The position numbers were made by a program, and so were the translations under genes. Below, in pieces: positions 1 to 14,079 of a stretch of DNA of 64,000 nt. A model generated the notes under the pieces. That model ran no database searches and was not told the DNA's origin. It saw only the letters and a list, made by a program, of their open reading frames with translations. The DNA lies in the NCBI GenBank assembly GCA_964016885.1, contig OZ024742.1:217000001-217064000 (forward strand), read 5' to 3'. The stretch comes from Eledone cirrhosa (taxonomy: Eukaryota). Positions within the stretch are counted from its first letter, which is position 1. Every line of letters starts with the position of its first letter.

Positions 1-85
1 TTTTCCACCTACAGGCTTATGTAAAGAGAAGGCCCATTCACACGGGCTATTCTCGCCACTTTCACCCATCTTTCATAAAAACGGC
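1..85 (-). mobile_element. 5'-truncated Tx1-like LINE fragment (end of ORF2), running off the window edge
   Basis: gagaaggcccattcacacgggctattctcgccactttcacccatctttca matches the ORF2 C-terminal sequence at 8670-8725 and 48485-48540; abuts (GATA)n. Confidence 0.7.
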
Positions 86-86
<1 letters not shown>

Positions 87-142
<56 letters not shown>

Positions 143-297
143 AGAACATATATGCATGCAAATATCGTTGGAAATGTCTTAATTCAAATAAAGAAGCCTT
201 GTCAGTTTGTTAGCGATCGGTTTGAATTCTGCGAAGAACTTAAATAAATCAAAAAGAAAAATATACATATATAGGTACTTACGTATGTACATACATA

Positions 298-352
<55 letters not shown>

Positions 353-752
353 GCATGCATGCATCCAGACACACACACACACACGCTTGCAGACATACAT
401 ACATATATACATACATACATGCACACATACATAAATACATGCATGCATTCAGACACACCCACACATACATACAGACAGACAGACATACGTACATACATAG
501 ATACATGCGTATATACATACATGCATGCATACAGACAGACCCATGTACATAGCAGCATACATACACACACACATACATACTTACATACATACACACACAC
601 ACACACACATACATATATACACACACACTCATACACATACACATACATACATAGATACATACACACACATACATACTTACATACATACACACACACACAT
701 ACATATACACACACACACTCATACACATACACATACACATACATACATACAT

Positions 753-785
<33 letters not shown>

Positions 786-962
786 TACTTACATACATAC
801 ACACACACACACACATACATACATACATACATACATACATACACACACACATACATACATACATACATACATACATACATACATACATACATACATACAT
901 ACATACATACATACATACATACATACATACATACATACATACATACATACATACGCACGTAC
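87..962. repeat. Compound microsatellite: (GATA)n, (TA)n, (CA)n, (TACA)n
   Basis: Direct inspection; explains the Y/I/H/T/C/V/M-rich ORFs here. Confidence 0.97.
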
Positions 963-1889
963 ACACGTACATGTTCGTTGGGAAGAATGATTGGATGAAT
1001 TTGATTTGATAGTTTGGGTGAATCAGTTGATGGATGTATGCGTGAGTGGGTGGATGATTGGCTGACTGTGGTAGGGGGAGGGGGGCTGATTGATGTGTGG
1101 ATATGTGGATATTCAAATGGATGAGTCAATAAATGAATGGAAGTTAGAGAAAAAATTACAAAAGAAGGAGATAGGCTGGTGTGGGATCAAAAGAGACGGA
1201 GAATGAAATAATGGTTGGACAGTTGATTTGGGTGGGTAGATGGGGAAAAATAGGCTGTCAAGTGTATGAATGTAGAGATAGATTAATGGGTGGATGGTCA
1301 GCAAAAGTAAAATGGGTAGTTGAAGGAAGAAGAAAGTGATAGTAAGAAAATGAACAGGAACGACCGGCGATGTAGGGGCATGACAGAATAGCAACGATGA
1401 ATGAGCAATTAGAGGGGTGGAAGGTTATTTGCTTAAAAAGGATGGCTAAGGAACTTGTTACCTTATATGGTATATATTGTGAGCTCCTGCACCTAAAATC
1501 AATATTCTAAATGGATTTCGCCCTTAGCATCCAAATACAGAAATAGTTTTAGTTTTCAAAGTCAACAAATATATATATTTAGTTTATTCATAATTTCAAT
1601 GCTCGGTAAAATTGCCGGCAAAAGGTTTTATCTTCTGTGAGCTTATTGGTGTTAAAAATTAGATAAACATAAGATAGATATATTTTTGCTATTAAACATA
1701 AGTCTCCTTATAAATTCTATTCGAATATATTACAAGCAGTTTTAATGTTATTGATATCTACCAAGAATATAAGAAATACAAACACTAGTTAAGTAGACTA
1801 ATTAAGTACGCACATGTTTTTTAATTGATAACAAGTTGATGATGGTACCTTATTATACAATCTAAGTCTAAATTCTGTCTCAAGCCAGA

Positions 1890-2138
1890 AGACTCATTAG
1901 GCCGGTGCTTATCCCGGTTTTGTGGCCTGGCTCGACTGGTAGTACAGACTCCCTCTGGACAGGACGCCAGTCCATCGCAGGGTTAAATCCCCAAGCTATT
2001 GCTGGTATTCATTTTCAGTTGAGTATACTGGAGCAACGTGAAATGAAGTGTTTAGTTTAAGAACACAACACGCAACCCAACCCAGGAATCGAACCCACGA
2101 CATTATGATACCCTTACCACTAGGCCACATGCCTCCTT
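1890..2138 (-). mobile_element. tRNA-derived SINE with CORE/V-like central domain
   Basis: Minus strand has B-box-like GGTTCGATTCC, then a CORE-like CACTTCATTTCACGTTGCTCCAGT..ACTCAACTG segment and a V-domain-like CCTGCGATGGACTGGCGTCCTGTCCAG segment. Confidence 0.7.
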
Positions 2139-2502
2139 ATTGCACAGACACTTTAAAATTTGTGATTACTCAGCATTGAAAATTCATTGGAAATGATATT
2201 TTTTTATGAAGCACATCAATAATATTTCGTCAAATGGAATTTCTATTGTTAATTAACACTGCTTTTTCTGGAAGGAAACTTCGCATACCCAGATACATTT
2301 CGAGGTTATTTCCAGGAAAGAATTATACATTTTAGCTAGTCTTAGTTTGAGTGATGTTACATAATATAAACTATCTGCATATTGATTTAAAATATTCCAT
2401 ATAAGAATTTCTCACTTACCAATAAGATATTTACATATCTCTCTCTTATTATACATAAGCGAAAGAGAATTGTACTCAATACATAGCATTGAGTTAATAA
2501 TG

Positions 2503-2713
2503 TTTTCTAGTATAGACACAAGGTCGGCAATTTGAGGAAAGGGGAAAATCGATTATATCAACCCTGTACTTGACTGATACTTAACATTATCGACCTCAGA
2601 AGGATGATAAGCAAATTTGACCTTGGTGGGATTTGAACTCAGAACGCAAAGAGCAGGAACAAATACCGCTTTGCATTTTTCCGACGTTCTAACGATTCTG
2701 CTAATCTGCCACC
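2503..2713 (-). mobile_element. Abundant tRNA-derived SINE (family 1)
   Basis: A-box-like TGGCAGATTAG, B-box GAGTTCAAATCCC, core TTTGC.TT.CATCCTT..G.GGTCGATAA, tail CCTTGTG.CTATACTAGAAA; many homologous copies in the window. Confidence 0.85.
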
Positions 2714-4142
2714 CTTGCAATAACTTTGATCAACAAAGAATTTCCGTCTGGGATGATTTAAGGTTAATGGACAAGAAAGCATTTTTGGTGCTGCTTTCAA
2801 AAATGCCTCCAGTTTTTCTGTAGCACGTATTGATTTTGAGATGAGAAGAATATTTTATAATTATATTTGAAATATTATGTATTTTTCCGAATATTTGTTA
2901 AGATCATATTTTGTAAATGTATAAATCATCCAGACTCTGCTATTTATGCTATTTATACAACCAAAATACAATGGTTAACTATCACAACGGATCTTATGAA
3001 AATATACCAGGTATACTTTGTTATATAGATAACCAAAGCAAGCAGTGGGTACTACGTATACTCTTCTTCGCATCTTCGAGTGTTCAAATGAACAACATGA
3101 TTTGTTAAACAAAAAAATGTGATTAATGCCTTTCGTTATATTCTTGATATGGATAGAACAAAGCGACAACTATTTGTGTAATCTTTAAAATAAATGGGTT
3201 TTCTGCATAAAACAAACACAAGATTGTCCATTCAAACCTGTATTCAGCATGTAGACCTGACTAACATTAAGAGACAATGCTCACTTTCTTTCTCGCAAAT
3301 GATGGGTTTGTTTTGTTTTTTATAAATGATGAAATCGACGGTGATTTTTGCGTAAGAGATGAAGATGTTAGATTCTGAATACATACTTGAAGAAAATTTA
3401 GAATTGTAATTATTTAATCTTGTTAAAAAAACTCGTCATTGTCTAAAGAGAAGGCATTTTCTTGACTAAGCTCTAGCGTACATTTGACTAAACACGTAAT
3501 CTCATATCCTATTAAGTATATCTGTCACAAAATATGCTCAAGTCGCTCCACAACTATTTGTTTCAAGACCCATATAGTTGTTCCATATTAAAAAATTAAA
3601 CTCACACATTATAAGTACATTTCCAACTGCCGCAGGCTACGTAGAGATGGGCTTGAACCTCTTTCAGTGAAGATATTTATTTATTTTCTCTTATTCCACA
3701 TAATTGAAAGACAACCATGATATCTCATATAAAGAAAATAGTGGAGCAGCTAAAACCACATAATATTCCCAATATATATTTCTATTCAGACTTAATGCCA
3801 GAATTTAATACATGGATTCTTTTTTTTTCTCCGTTTTTCTTTCTTTTGGGGGTGGGGTGGAGGAGGTTCGTGCTTTTCTTAATTTAAGAAAATGTGTTCC
3901 AATTGTAATAGCAGTTATCGGTAAGGTTTTGAGAGATGAATATCTAACAAATAGGGATTCTGAAAAAAAAAACTCCGGTAATAATAGAATTTATAGATCC
4001 AACAGAAAAATTACTTCTGGAAAGTAGACAAAAATTATATTTATCTCTATTACCTTGACCGATATTTAAAACGAATCCTCATTAGATATGATATGATTGA
4101 TCAAATACTGATGTTATTAACATGAAATTATTAAATAAATTT

Positions 4143-4400
4143 CGAGTAAACATCGAAAGGCAATGTAAGTCTTAAATAAACCTCAGGCAAATAAATAAAT
4201 GTAACGTAAGTCTTAAAGAGACTTCGGGCAAACAACGAAATGTAATCTTAAAGGCAAACAGCGAAAGGCAACATAAATATTAAAGAGACCTACGGCAATG
4301 TAAACTAAGACTTAGATACAAATAGCGAAAGGCGACGTAAGTCTTAATGTGACCGAAGGCAAACAGGGTTAATGCTATTTACGCGAAACGTAATGTAACT
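4143..4400. repeat. Degenerate ~42-bp minisatellite, about 6 units
   Basis: Recurring GGCAAACAGCGAAAGGCAACGTAAGTCTTAAAGAGACC-like units. Confidence 0.65.
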
Positions 4401-4755
4401 CTTGTAATTGAACAAAATCTCATGTTATGCTAGTTTCAGAAAAACAGAAAAATACATAACACTACATTTCCAGAGAGTCATTATGATTTTCCACTTGCTA
4501 ATATTTACATTAGATTAATAATATCTCACCGAAGGTTGGTGGATTGGCGGAATTGGTAGAGAGTCGAGTAAAATACCATTACGATAAAGTTGTTAGAAGA
4601 TGGGTTCTTATAATCCATATATATATATTTGAATTTTGTGTTACTGTTCCTAATGAAAATTCTTAAATTATATTTTAGTAGAGCTGACTTTAGGTTCTAA
4701 CAGTGATTATCTTTAAAACTTTGGTTAACCTATACTTTTTTACACATTAATCAAT

Positions 4756-4806
<51 letters not shown>

Positions 4807-4814
<8 letters not shown>

Positions 4815-5492
4815 ATAAATTAACGGAGTCATAGGCCCTCGCTATTCCCTGTAAATAATGTGCTCATTTTTTCCCTGTATTATCGATAACGCACTGTATA
4901 TCTCTCTCTGGTGTGTTACCTTTTCAACATATTGTATTTTAAAGAGCTCATGATCTCTTCCCCTTTGAGCACATTATTTACAGGGAATAGCGAGGGCCTA
5001 TGCCTCCGTTAATTTATCGTGATATTTCGCTCCTAATAACAGTCTTTCCTATCTCTGATTGGTTGAGCACACTTCTCTTAGTGGCTTTGGGATGCCCTTT
5101 CTAGCAGTTTGTCCCTCAGAGGCCACTGGTTCACTGCCCTTAAACACGCTGTGACTTCTCTCTCCCACGTGTAGCTGGACAGTCAATTTTAAAATTCTCT
5201 TAGTGTTGTCTGAGATGTATAGCCTTACACACGCTGATGAACCGAGGCTAACCCATTTCTTTCAACAAATTATTGGTGAAACATATCTTTGGATTAGTGT
5301 CTTTGGATTTGTACGTGTGTTATATAGTTATAAAGGTATTTATTTACGCTTTAATTTATATTTTTAATTATCGTTTCTATAGTCTGCCTTTCATAGGTTA
5401 TAGATTCCATACACTGGTGGGTTTTTTTCCTGTATTATCGATAACGCACTGTATATCTCTCTCTGGTGTGTTACCTTTTCAACATATTGTAT
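4807..5492 (+). mobile_element. Non-coding Penelope-like/retrozyme-like element embedded in (TA)n
   Basis: 60-bp inverted repeat 4807-4866/4966-5025; 71-bp direct repeat 4867-4937/5422-5492 (555-nt period); internal hammerhead; (TA)n on both flanks. Confidence 0.75.
5227..5320 (+). ncRNA. Type I hammerhead ribozyme
   Basis: Stem I ACACACG/CGTGTGT; CTGATGA 5234-5240; stem II ACCGA/TTGGT; GAAA 5278-5281; stem III CATATCT/GGATTTG (1 mismatch); GUA cleavage triplet 5311-5313. Confidence 0.85.
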
Positions 5493-5760
5493 ATATATAT
5501 ATATATATATTCTTTTTTTTTTGGTGTGTGCCTGTATATATACATGTAACGGTTTAAGCTAGACCGTGGTACATATATATCTTATATATATACACGTACA
5601 CATACACACACATATATATAAGATGTCTTGCCTTATGATCCTGTTAGTTTGCAAGTGAAACTCCTGAGTAACAAGACTCACTACTTCGCCATAATGAATT
5701 AATATTTAAATTCTACTTTGGTTTGAGTATTCTTTTCTCTCGTCCGTCTACCGCATAAGG

Positions 5761-5897
<137 letters not shown>

Positions 5898-6253
5898 CAT
5901 TTCCCATGCTTTCGTGCGTTTTATACTTATGATAAATACGAAAGACATGAAAATATCACGTCATTACTCGAGAATATACCATGTGCTCTGCGCATGTCAA
6001 TTGAATAAATAAGTCGTTTAGTGGTTTATTTTCTGGCAGTTTGAGGACGGGGGTTAAATAATCACATCTCAAATACTAATCAGAGTTTATTTATGTTTTT
6101 AAATATATTTATTTATACACCCTTACGCTGCTTCCCTACTTCAGTCGTTAGTAAAACTTGAGTGATTATTCAAGGATCTTCAGCCCCTAATTATATGTAT
6201 ATGTGTATGTATACATGTTTGTATATATATATATATATGTATATATATATCAT

Positions 6254-6407
6254 ATAGGAAAATGTATGACCCCGAAATAGCCGTCGAAACGGCTTGAGCT
6301 CTGCCGTCGGGGTCATACATTTTCCTATTACCCACTCTACTACCCTAAGTATTGAGTACTCTGGTGCGTTATGGTCCATCTGGTTCCTTACCACAACTCA
6401 TTCGTTA
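6254..6407 (+). mobile_element. Short fold-back element in (TA)n, probably a Penelope-like terminal fragment
   Basis: 22-bp inverted repeat 6254-6275/6307-6328; homologous copies at 62468-62598 (+) and 7818-7853 (-), all flanked by (TA)n. Confidence 0.6.
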
Positions 6408-6443
6408 TCATATATATATATCATATACATATATATATATCGC

Positions 6444-6529
<86 letters not shown>

Positions 6530-7016
6530 GCATATTGGCGTATGTGTACGAATACACACACATGTATATTATACATATATATATATACATGTATGTGTCT
6601 GTGTATGACCTCTTGAATAAAATCAGTATATTTGTTGTTTTCATTTGTTTGTTATCTCTTTTTGTTGCTTATTCCGGCCCTTATTGATCTACTGTATTTT
6701 AACTGCGAACCATCGATTGTTGAACTAGATAACCGTTAAACCATCAACTGTATCTCTCTATCCTCAAGGTCAATGGGACTGCTCTGTGTTTTACCATAAT
6801 ACAAATCTTGATGTACATAGAAGATGCTGTTAAGCAGTAGAAGCCCAGCATTACATAGCATCATCTATTCATATAAAATTAAGGAATTGGAAGTAGATTA
6901 TGTTATTCTCAAATGTCCATCAGTCATCTGTATTGATCTTTCTGATCCTATTTCAATCTTTATCTTTGTCCACAATTCCATTCCTCTTTTTTTTCTTACT
7001 GACTCGACTCCCTATA

Positions 7017-7892
<876 letters not shown>

Positions 7893-8654
7893 GCGTTGTG
7901 TGTATGTGTGTATGTATCTATATGTGCATTTCAATATGGCAGTCTGTCGGCTGACTGTCTTTCTCTGTACATGCGTGCGTACATTATTTGTAAATCGCTT
8001 GTCCAAATCTATTTTCGAACATATGCTATTGGTAGCAATGTTTAGATGCAATAGAAATATTCAATTATTTGACAAAACAGTTAGCATGATAAATAGATAT
8101 AGAAAAAGAAAACAACAAATTTATAAATATATAAAAGCAAACAATGGCGAAATACAAAGGAGAAAATTATAAACGATATCTTAGAATTAGAATATGAGGA
8201 AGATAGATTAAGAATAAATCTACGTTCTCTCTATGCTTCTATATATATGTCTATCGTTCTTGTTCTCCCCTTCGCGCTCGCTCTTAAAGCAACAGATGAT
8301 TGCATAATCATAAAAATCATAAGTTTGTTTTGTGAACATTCACAGTCGCTATTAATTAGTAAATAATAAATTATCATTTGATCGGAAACAGGGAATTACT
8401 AGCGAAAGAGACACAAGGAAGAATATTTGATGGAAGAAAGATAAAAGATCTTGAATAAAGATCAAAAGAGGGAAAATCAATAATAATAATAGTAATAATA
8501 ATAATAATAATGTTTTCTTTATTAACCACAAGGGTTTACATAAAGTAGACATTAAGGACAGTACAGGACAATACAGAACGGTACAAATGGGCATTTCTGC
8601 GTGTAAGAAAACAGAGGATGTAATAAAAAAAATAACAATGAAAAATTCCCCAAT

Positions 8655-11600
8655 TTACAGACACATACTCAGAGAAGGCCCATTCATTCGGGCCATACTT
8701 GCTTCTCTCACCCATCTTTCAACAAACTGCTGGGAAAAGAGCACTTCCTTCTCTACCCTGATTTTCCTTTTCAAATGAAATTTGAAAAAGTTAATCAGGG
8801 CATCACCGAAGAGGTAAGTGCTCGTCTTCAGCCCTTTCAAACGTGTCCACCATACTATCTCTTTCGCCATGGCCATCAGACAGATAAAAACTGCCTGTCC
8901 TTCCCGGCTAAAGGAAGAGGGCGGGGCAATCCTCACGATGGACTCAGCTGATAGCTGGATCCGTCCTACACGTGACAGCAGGTGTTCGACATAAACCCAC
9001 AAGTCAGCAATGCTCGGACACTGGACGAGTGCGTGCAGGACGGTTTCGTCGCCCTGCGCGCATCTCGGACATGCCCGGCTGACGGCACCTCCATACCTGT
9101 AGAGTTTATCCCGAACTGGCAAAGCACCCCGGTAGCACTGCCAGGCCAGGGATTTCTGGAAATTGTCCATAGGCCCCGGCCCGAAAGTCCTTCCGAAGAG
9201 ATTGGCTAGTTGATTTTCGTCGACGCCTAGAGTTTCTCCAAGTACGTCGTCGCTCTTACCCTCCACTAATCCCCTATAGAACGCCAAGGTGGAGTTTTCA
9301 CCGATCACATTGCCTGATTGGTCGAGGGCTGTGAGCGCCTGAAGACATTCCAGTCTCCAAGCGCTCTCTCTCGGTCTTCGCTTGACCCAGGACTGCAGCT
9401 CCGTCAAGGAGACGAGCTGGGGAAAAACGTGTCTAGCAAACGGCGACCACACCTGATCACCGTCGAGGAAGAGGTGGAGATGTCGTAGCCTGAGCACGTG
9501 TCTGCTCATCATCAGCCACGGCATGCCCTGTCCTCCACGTAGCGGGTGTTGACAGCAGATGGACCGCCTGACCATCGGAGCGCGTCCCTTCCACAAAAAG
9601 CGAAAGAGCAAACGCTCCAGCGCAGTCAGGCGAGGCTTAAGACAAGGTACGACGGTCAGGCGGTAGTAGATGACAGACGTGATGTACGCGTTAGCTACCT
9701 CCGTTCGACCTTTCAAGGATAGCTTCCTCTCTGCCCATTTCTGGGTGAGAGAAGCCACCCTGCTCGTCACCTCGTCCCAGTTTTTGTCCGTCTGGAGGTC
9801 CGGACCGAACCAGACCCCTAGCAATTTAACCGGTCCGTCCGTCGAGCGCCCGACGACGCTGTTGGACGGCATGGACCTGCCTCTCCAGGTGCCGAGCTGC
9901 AGGCCCACTCACTTTTACTGGTTGATCATTGCTCCTGTTACCGCTTCGTATTCTCTTAGTGTAGTGCCGATCACCTCGATGTGTTTGGCGTTCGACACCA
10001 CTACGGTGACATCGTCCGCATATGTTGACACGGATCTTCTGCATCCTAGTTCGCGCGGGACCCCCCTCAACGTCTCCAGTTTGTGCAGTAATGGCTCGAG
10101 AATCAATACGTACAAGAGGGACGAGAGGGGACATCCTTGGCGGACCGAGCGCATGATGTTGAACGGTTCCGAAAGGTGACCGTTCACTCTCACCACAGAG
10201 CAGATGTCGCTGTGCATGGCAGCGATCCAGCCTCTGAAGACGGGCCTAAAGCCAGCCGCCCTCAGGACTGCCGCTAGGTAACGATGGTCGACCCTATCAA
10301 AAGCTTTCGAATGATTTAAATTGATCAAGGACCCACCCGTGCCAGGTTCCCTAGCTACTCTCTCTACGATGTATCGCATGAGATAGAGGTTGTCGTGGAT
10401 GGATCTGTCGGGAATGGCGCATGTCTGCGCCTCTCCCACCAGACCACCAATGACAAGCGCCAACCTCTTTGCTAGCACCTTGGCCAAAATCTTGAACTCT
10501 GTGTTTAGCAGACTTATGGGCCTAAAATTATCTGTTATCCCCCTTGTTCGGGTCCTTTCTCAGCAGCGCCACCGCTCCTCGGCTCACAGAGCTGGGAATT
10601 CTCCCGTTCTTTTGCCAGTTGCAGTAGACGTCTGCCAAAAGGCCTCCGAGTAAGTCTGGCATTTGTACGTAAAGTTCATAGGGCAGACCATCCAAACCAG
10701 GCGATTTACCCCTTGTGCAGTCAGTCATTGCCTCCCGTACTTCAGCGGCTGTTATCGGCTTTTCGCAACACTCCGCCTCAGGGGCCGAGAGCCGCGGCAG
10801 TCCGTCGAGGTAGACACTAAAGTCCATCCCTCGATCCGGCCCGCCGCTGCCCCCTAACAGCTGAGCGAAGTGTCGCTGAAAAGCTTCACACATTTTCCCG
10901 GGATCGAGTAGCATGCGCCCGAAAGACCGGACCGTGGCTTTGTTGCCACGACGCGCCTCCGCCACTCGGGCCCATTGAACGGCTTTCGTCCCCTCGTGTC
11001 TGAGAGCACGCACCCTAGCTCTGACAACGCAGCCTTCGAGTTTTGCATTGAAGAATTGGTCAAGGGCCAATTTCGCCGCAAGTACGTCGGTCGCGATGCC
11101 TTTTCTAAGCGCCTCGTTTAATTTTCTAACTAATTCTCCCTCTGCTCTAGTTTTCTCTATTGCTAAAGCCTTACTAAATCTAATGGACTCTATTCTAATT
11201 GCTCTTTTCAGAGCAAACAACCACTTGTTGTTGACGATGGCCCCCGTCAACGCCCGCTTAACTAGTTCGCTAATCCGGTCTCTGTAGGCCTTGCGCGCTT
11301 GTAAGGACGCGTTTAGCTTCCAGCAGCCGGGTCCTCGTCTATGAAGCCTATCTAAGTCAAGCACACAGATCACGAATTTGTGGTCCGTGTAGCTGACTAT
11401 CTTGAATTGTGGACAGCCTATGCTAGACCTATCTATTTCCCTACAAAATACTCTATCTAGATATGATCTGGATGACCCTATGCGATTTGTCCAAGTCCAC
11501 ATTGGCACATTCGGGAAATCCAATCGGTACCTGTCAGACAGTTAAAAACGCCTGACCAGGTTGGTGAGACTCTTGCACCCTCCTCCCCTATCCGCTAATC

Positions 11601-12060
11601 CTTCACAGTCCCAGCGTGCATCTAAGATCCCGTTCCAGTCGCCCACTAACACTAAAGAGCGGTTCGTTCCAAGAAAGGTCTCCAGACGCCGGAAGAAATC
11701 AGGCCGCCCTGCTCCTGTCGGAGCATAGACGGCCACTAACCTGAAAGATTGCCCGTCTCCTCTGGTCACGTCCAGCACCACCAACTTACCTTCTGGGTCC
11801 AGGAAGATGGCCCGTATGGCAAGATCCAAACCTTTCCGAAAAAGCACAGCAACTCCTCCCCCCGATCCCGGACTGCTGGTAGATGCGTACACATCGTAGC
11901 CGCCGAAGATTGGTGCGAAGGCCCATGCTTCGGAGATTCTGGTCTCGCTGATGGCCACTACATCTATGTTTAGTGACCTGAGGTCGTTGAGCAGCTGGCC
12001 CTGCTTCCATGACGACCCCAAGCCACGCGCATTTATGCTGCCTATTCTGAGTGAGGTCAT
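8655..12060 (-). pseudogene. Tx1-like ORF2 (AP endonuclease + reverse transcriptase + Zn finger), frameshifted
   Basis: APE motifs SINARGL, AISET, VYAP, GDWN, YLDRVF, TDH; RT motifs KSPGLDGL, KAFDRVDH, QGCPLS, YADD, LLGV; CPRC..ETVLHALVQC; split over ORFs 11542-12060, 10528-11523, 9915-10487, 8655-9908. Confidence 0.93.
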
Positions 12061-12094
12061 GTTGAAATGGAGTGGAAAAGATGGGAAAGACCAC

Positions 12095-14079
12095 TTACCT
12101 TACTTCTCGTAGAGGAAGGACGGTTTCTCCATCCTTTTCACTGCTTGTGGCCTCCTCAGGAAGGATGTCCTTATAAATCCTCCTGGAGAGTGCTTGTCGG
12201 AAGTCTCCGATGTCTTTGGGGAATTTTTGTTTTAGTGTCGTGTACGTTTTCTGTGCGATGCGAGTGATTTGTATGTGCGGAGGTGGTGTGAACTTTTGGG
12301 TTGTTGTGTAGTCTTTTTCTGTGATGCTGGTGTTGTGTTGGATGTAGTGTAATAATTGGTTGTTGTTCAAATTTAATGTTGTGTAGTGTGTATCGTTTTG
12401 GTTCTTTTGTTTTGTTTGCGTTTGTTGTGGGTTTGTTTCTGTTTCGCTTTTTGGTGTTGGTGATGGTGGGGTTGGGGTTAATGATGGTGTTGGTGTTTGG
12501 GGTGATGGGGTTGGTGATGCTGGTGTGGATGGTGGCATATCTGTTCTAACTTTTTTGTTTGATAGTTTATTTGTTTCCCTCTGTATTTTGTTTTTGGAGG
12601 GGGAAGGAAGAGAATTTTTTATTTTTTGGTTTCTTTTTTTATTTTTTCCTGATACCGTTTCCCACTCCTCGTCGTCACAATCTGTCTCCAGTTGCGATAG
12701 GTCGGGGAGTGGAAAATCCTCCACGGGCGTTGGTTTTGGTTGTGGCGTGGTGGATGGTGTAGGCGCTGGTGCTAGTTCTGGCGCGTTGGGTGGTGGTGGT
12801 GTTGGTTTTTACTATTGTTGCTGGGGTTGTTGCTGTTACAGTTGCTTCTGTTGTTGCTGCTACAGTTGTTGCTGCCATCTCTGCTGCTGGTGGTGTTGAT
12901 GGTTGAGTCACTGGGGTGGGTAGGAGAGGTGGCCTCAACCTTTTAGCCTGAGGGCAGAAAGCCCTTATGTGGGTTCCTTCACCACAAACGACACACCTAG
13001 GCCTTCTGCCCTCGACAATTACGGTAAGGTGGCTGCCGTCAGTGAGGTCTATTATCTCTGGGATCTCCTCAATGCTTTTATGGTCCGCTTGGATCAGGAG
13101 CTCCATCCCAGATCCGGACCAGTTCTCCTGCTTTTCTTTCGCTATTTCGATTATCTTGGTGTTGGCTTCGATGCCGGCGAGGAGGCAGCTATTAGCCAGG
13201 GAATTTCGATGGCCGGTGGAACGTTGGTGACCCTGATCTTTACGAGTCTCTGGCCACAATAGCTTGGGATGAGTGTGAAGTCGTCACTTCTTAATGGAGC
13301 CATGGAGTGTTCTCTAGCCTCCTGTGGTGTTTCAAAGAACACGTCCACGGTTCCATACTTCTGCCCACGTCTGATGTGGGGTTTTTTTGCCCACACATGT
13401 CCCAAAGCTTTTTGGATTTGGGACTCGGATGCCCGTTCCACTCGGCGCGATTTTATATTAATTGTCCGATAAGACACAGTGCATAGGCGCCGATGCTCCA
13501 TTTTATTAGGTGTGGGGTGAGGCTGACCCTGTACCCATCTTTCTTTACCATTTTGGGGGCTTCTTCTAATTCCTCCTGAGTTACCTGAAATGCTTCGCAC
13601 TGTTTTGCTACTCTGGCAACACTCAGGGTGGTTTTCTTAATGTCATTGTTGCTGTTGTTGTTATCGTTATTTTTGTTATTATTAATTTTAGTTTCAGTTG
13701 TGGTGGTGGTGGCTTCAGTGGTGTTCGATGTGGAAAAGTTCATTTTGGTTGAATTCATTTCAATATCACGAGTTAATTTATTTTTTTATTTTGTTTCTGT
13801 TGTCGCGGTGGGGGGTGGGGGGGCTGTTGGTTGTCGCGGTAGTGGGGGGGGGTCGCGGGGGGGGGTTGTCGCGGTAGTGGTGGTGGTGGTGGCGGCTTTA
13901 ACACCTGCAGTCATTGGTAATGGCGGGAAATGAATGTCTGCCTGAGACAAATTTAAAATATTGCTACTGCTTATATTTTTAGTGTTAGCAAACGTAGTAA
14001 TATTTGCAATGGTGGTGTCGGTGTGAGGTGTTAGTTTGTGAGGAAGGCCTTCAGCTTCGTGTGGCCGTGAGTCGTCCAT
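12095..14079 (-). pseudogene. Tx1-like ORF1 (RRM-like region + CCHC zinc knuckle + low-complexity tails), frameshifted
   Basis: RGQKYGTVDVFF, VIVEGRRPRCVVCGEGTHIRAFCP (CX2CX4HX4C), Pro/Thr-rich and acidic-basic tails; ends ETVLPLREVR* about 35 nt before ORF2 ATG. Confidence 0.85.

Noticed and set aside
179-1129. Long ORFs rich in YI/HT/CV/MYVC, also at 6.3-8.0 kb, 25 kb, 32 kb, 43-46 kb, 60-63 kb
   Set aside because: Translations of stop-free microsatellites, not genes
4143-4400. CRISPR-like array
   Set aside because: Units are contiguous and degenerate with no unique spacers, no cas genes, eukaryotic context
9670-10179. 169-aa antisense ORF repeated at 18538 and 49486
   Set aside because: Antisense shadow of GC-rich ORF2 in homologous copies; no independent motif
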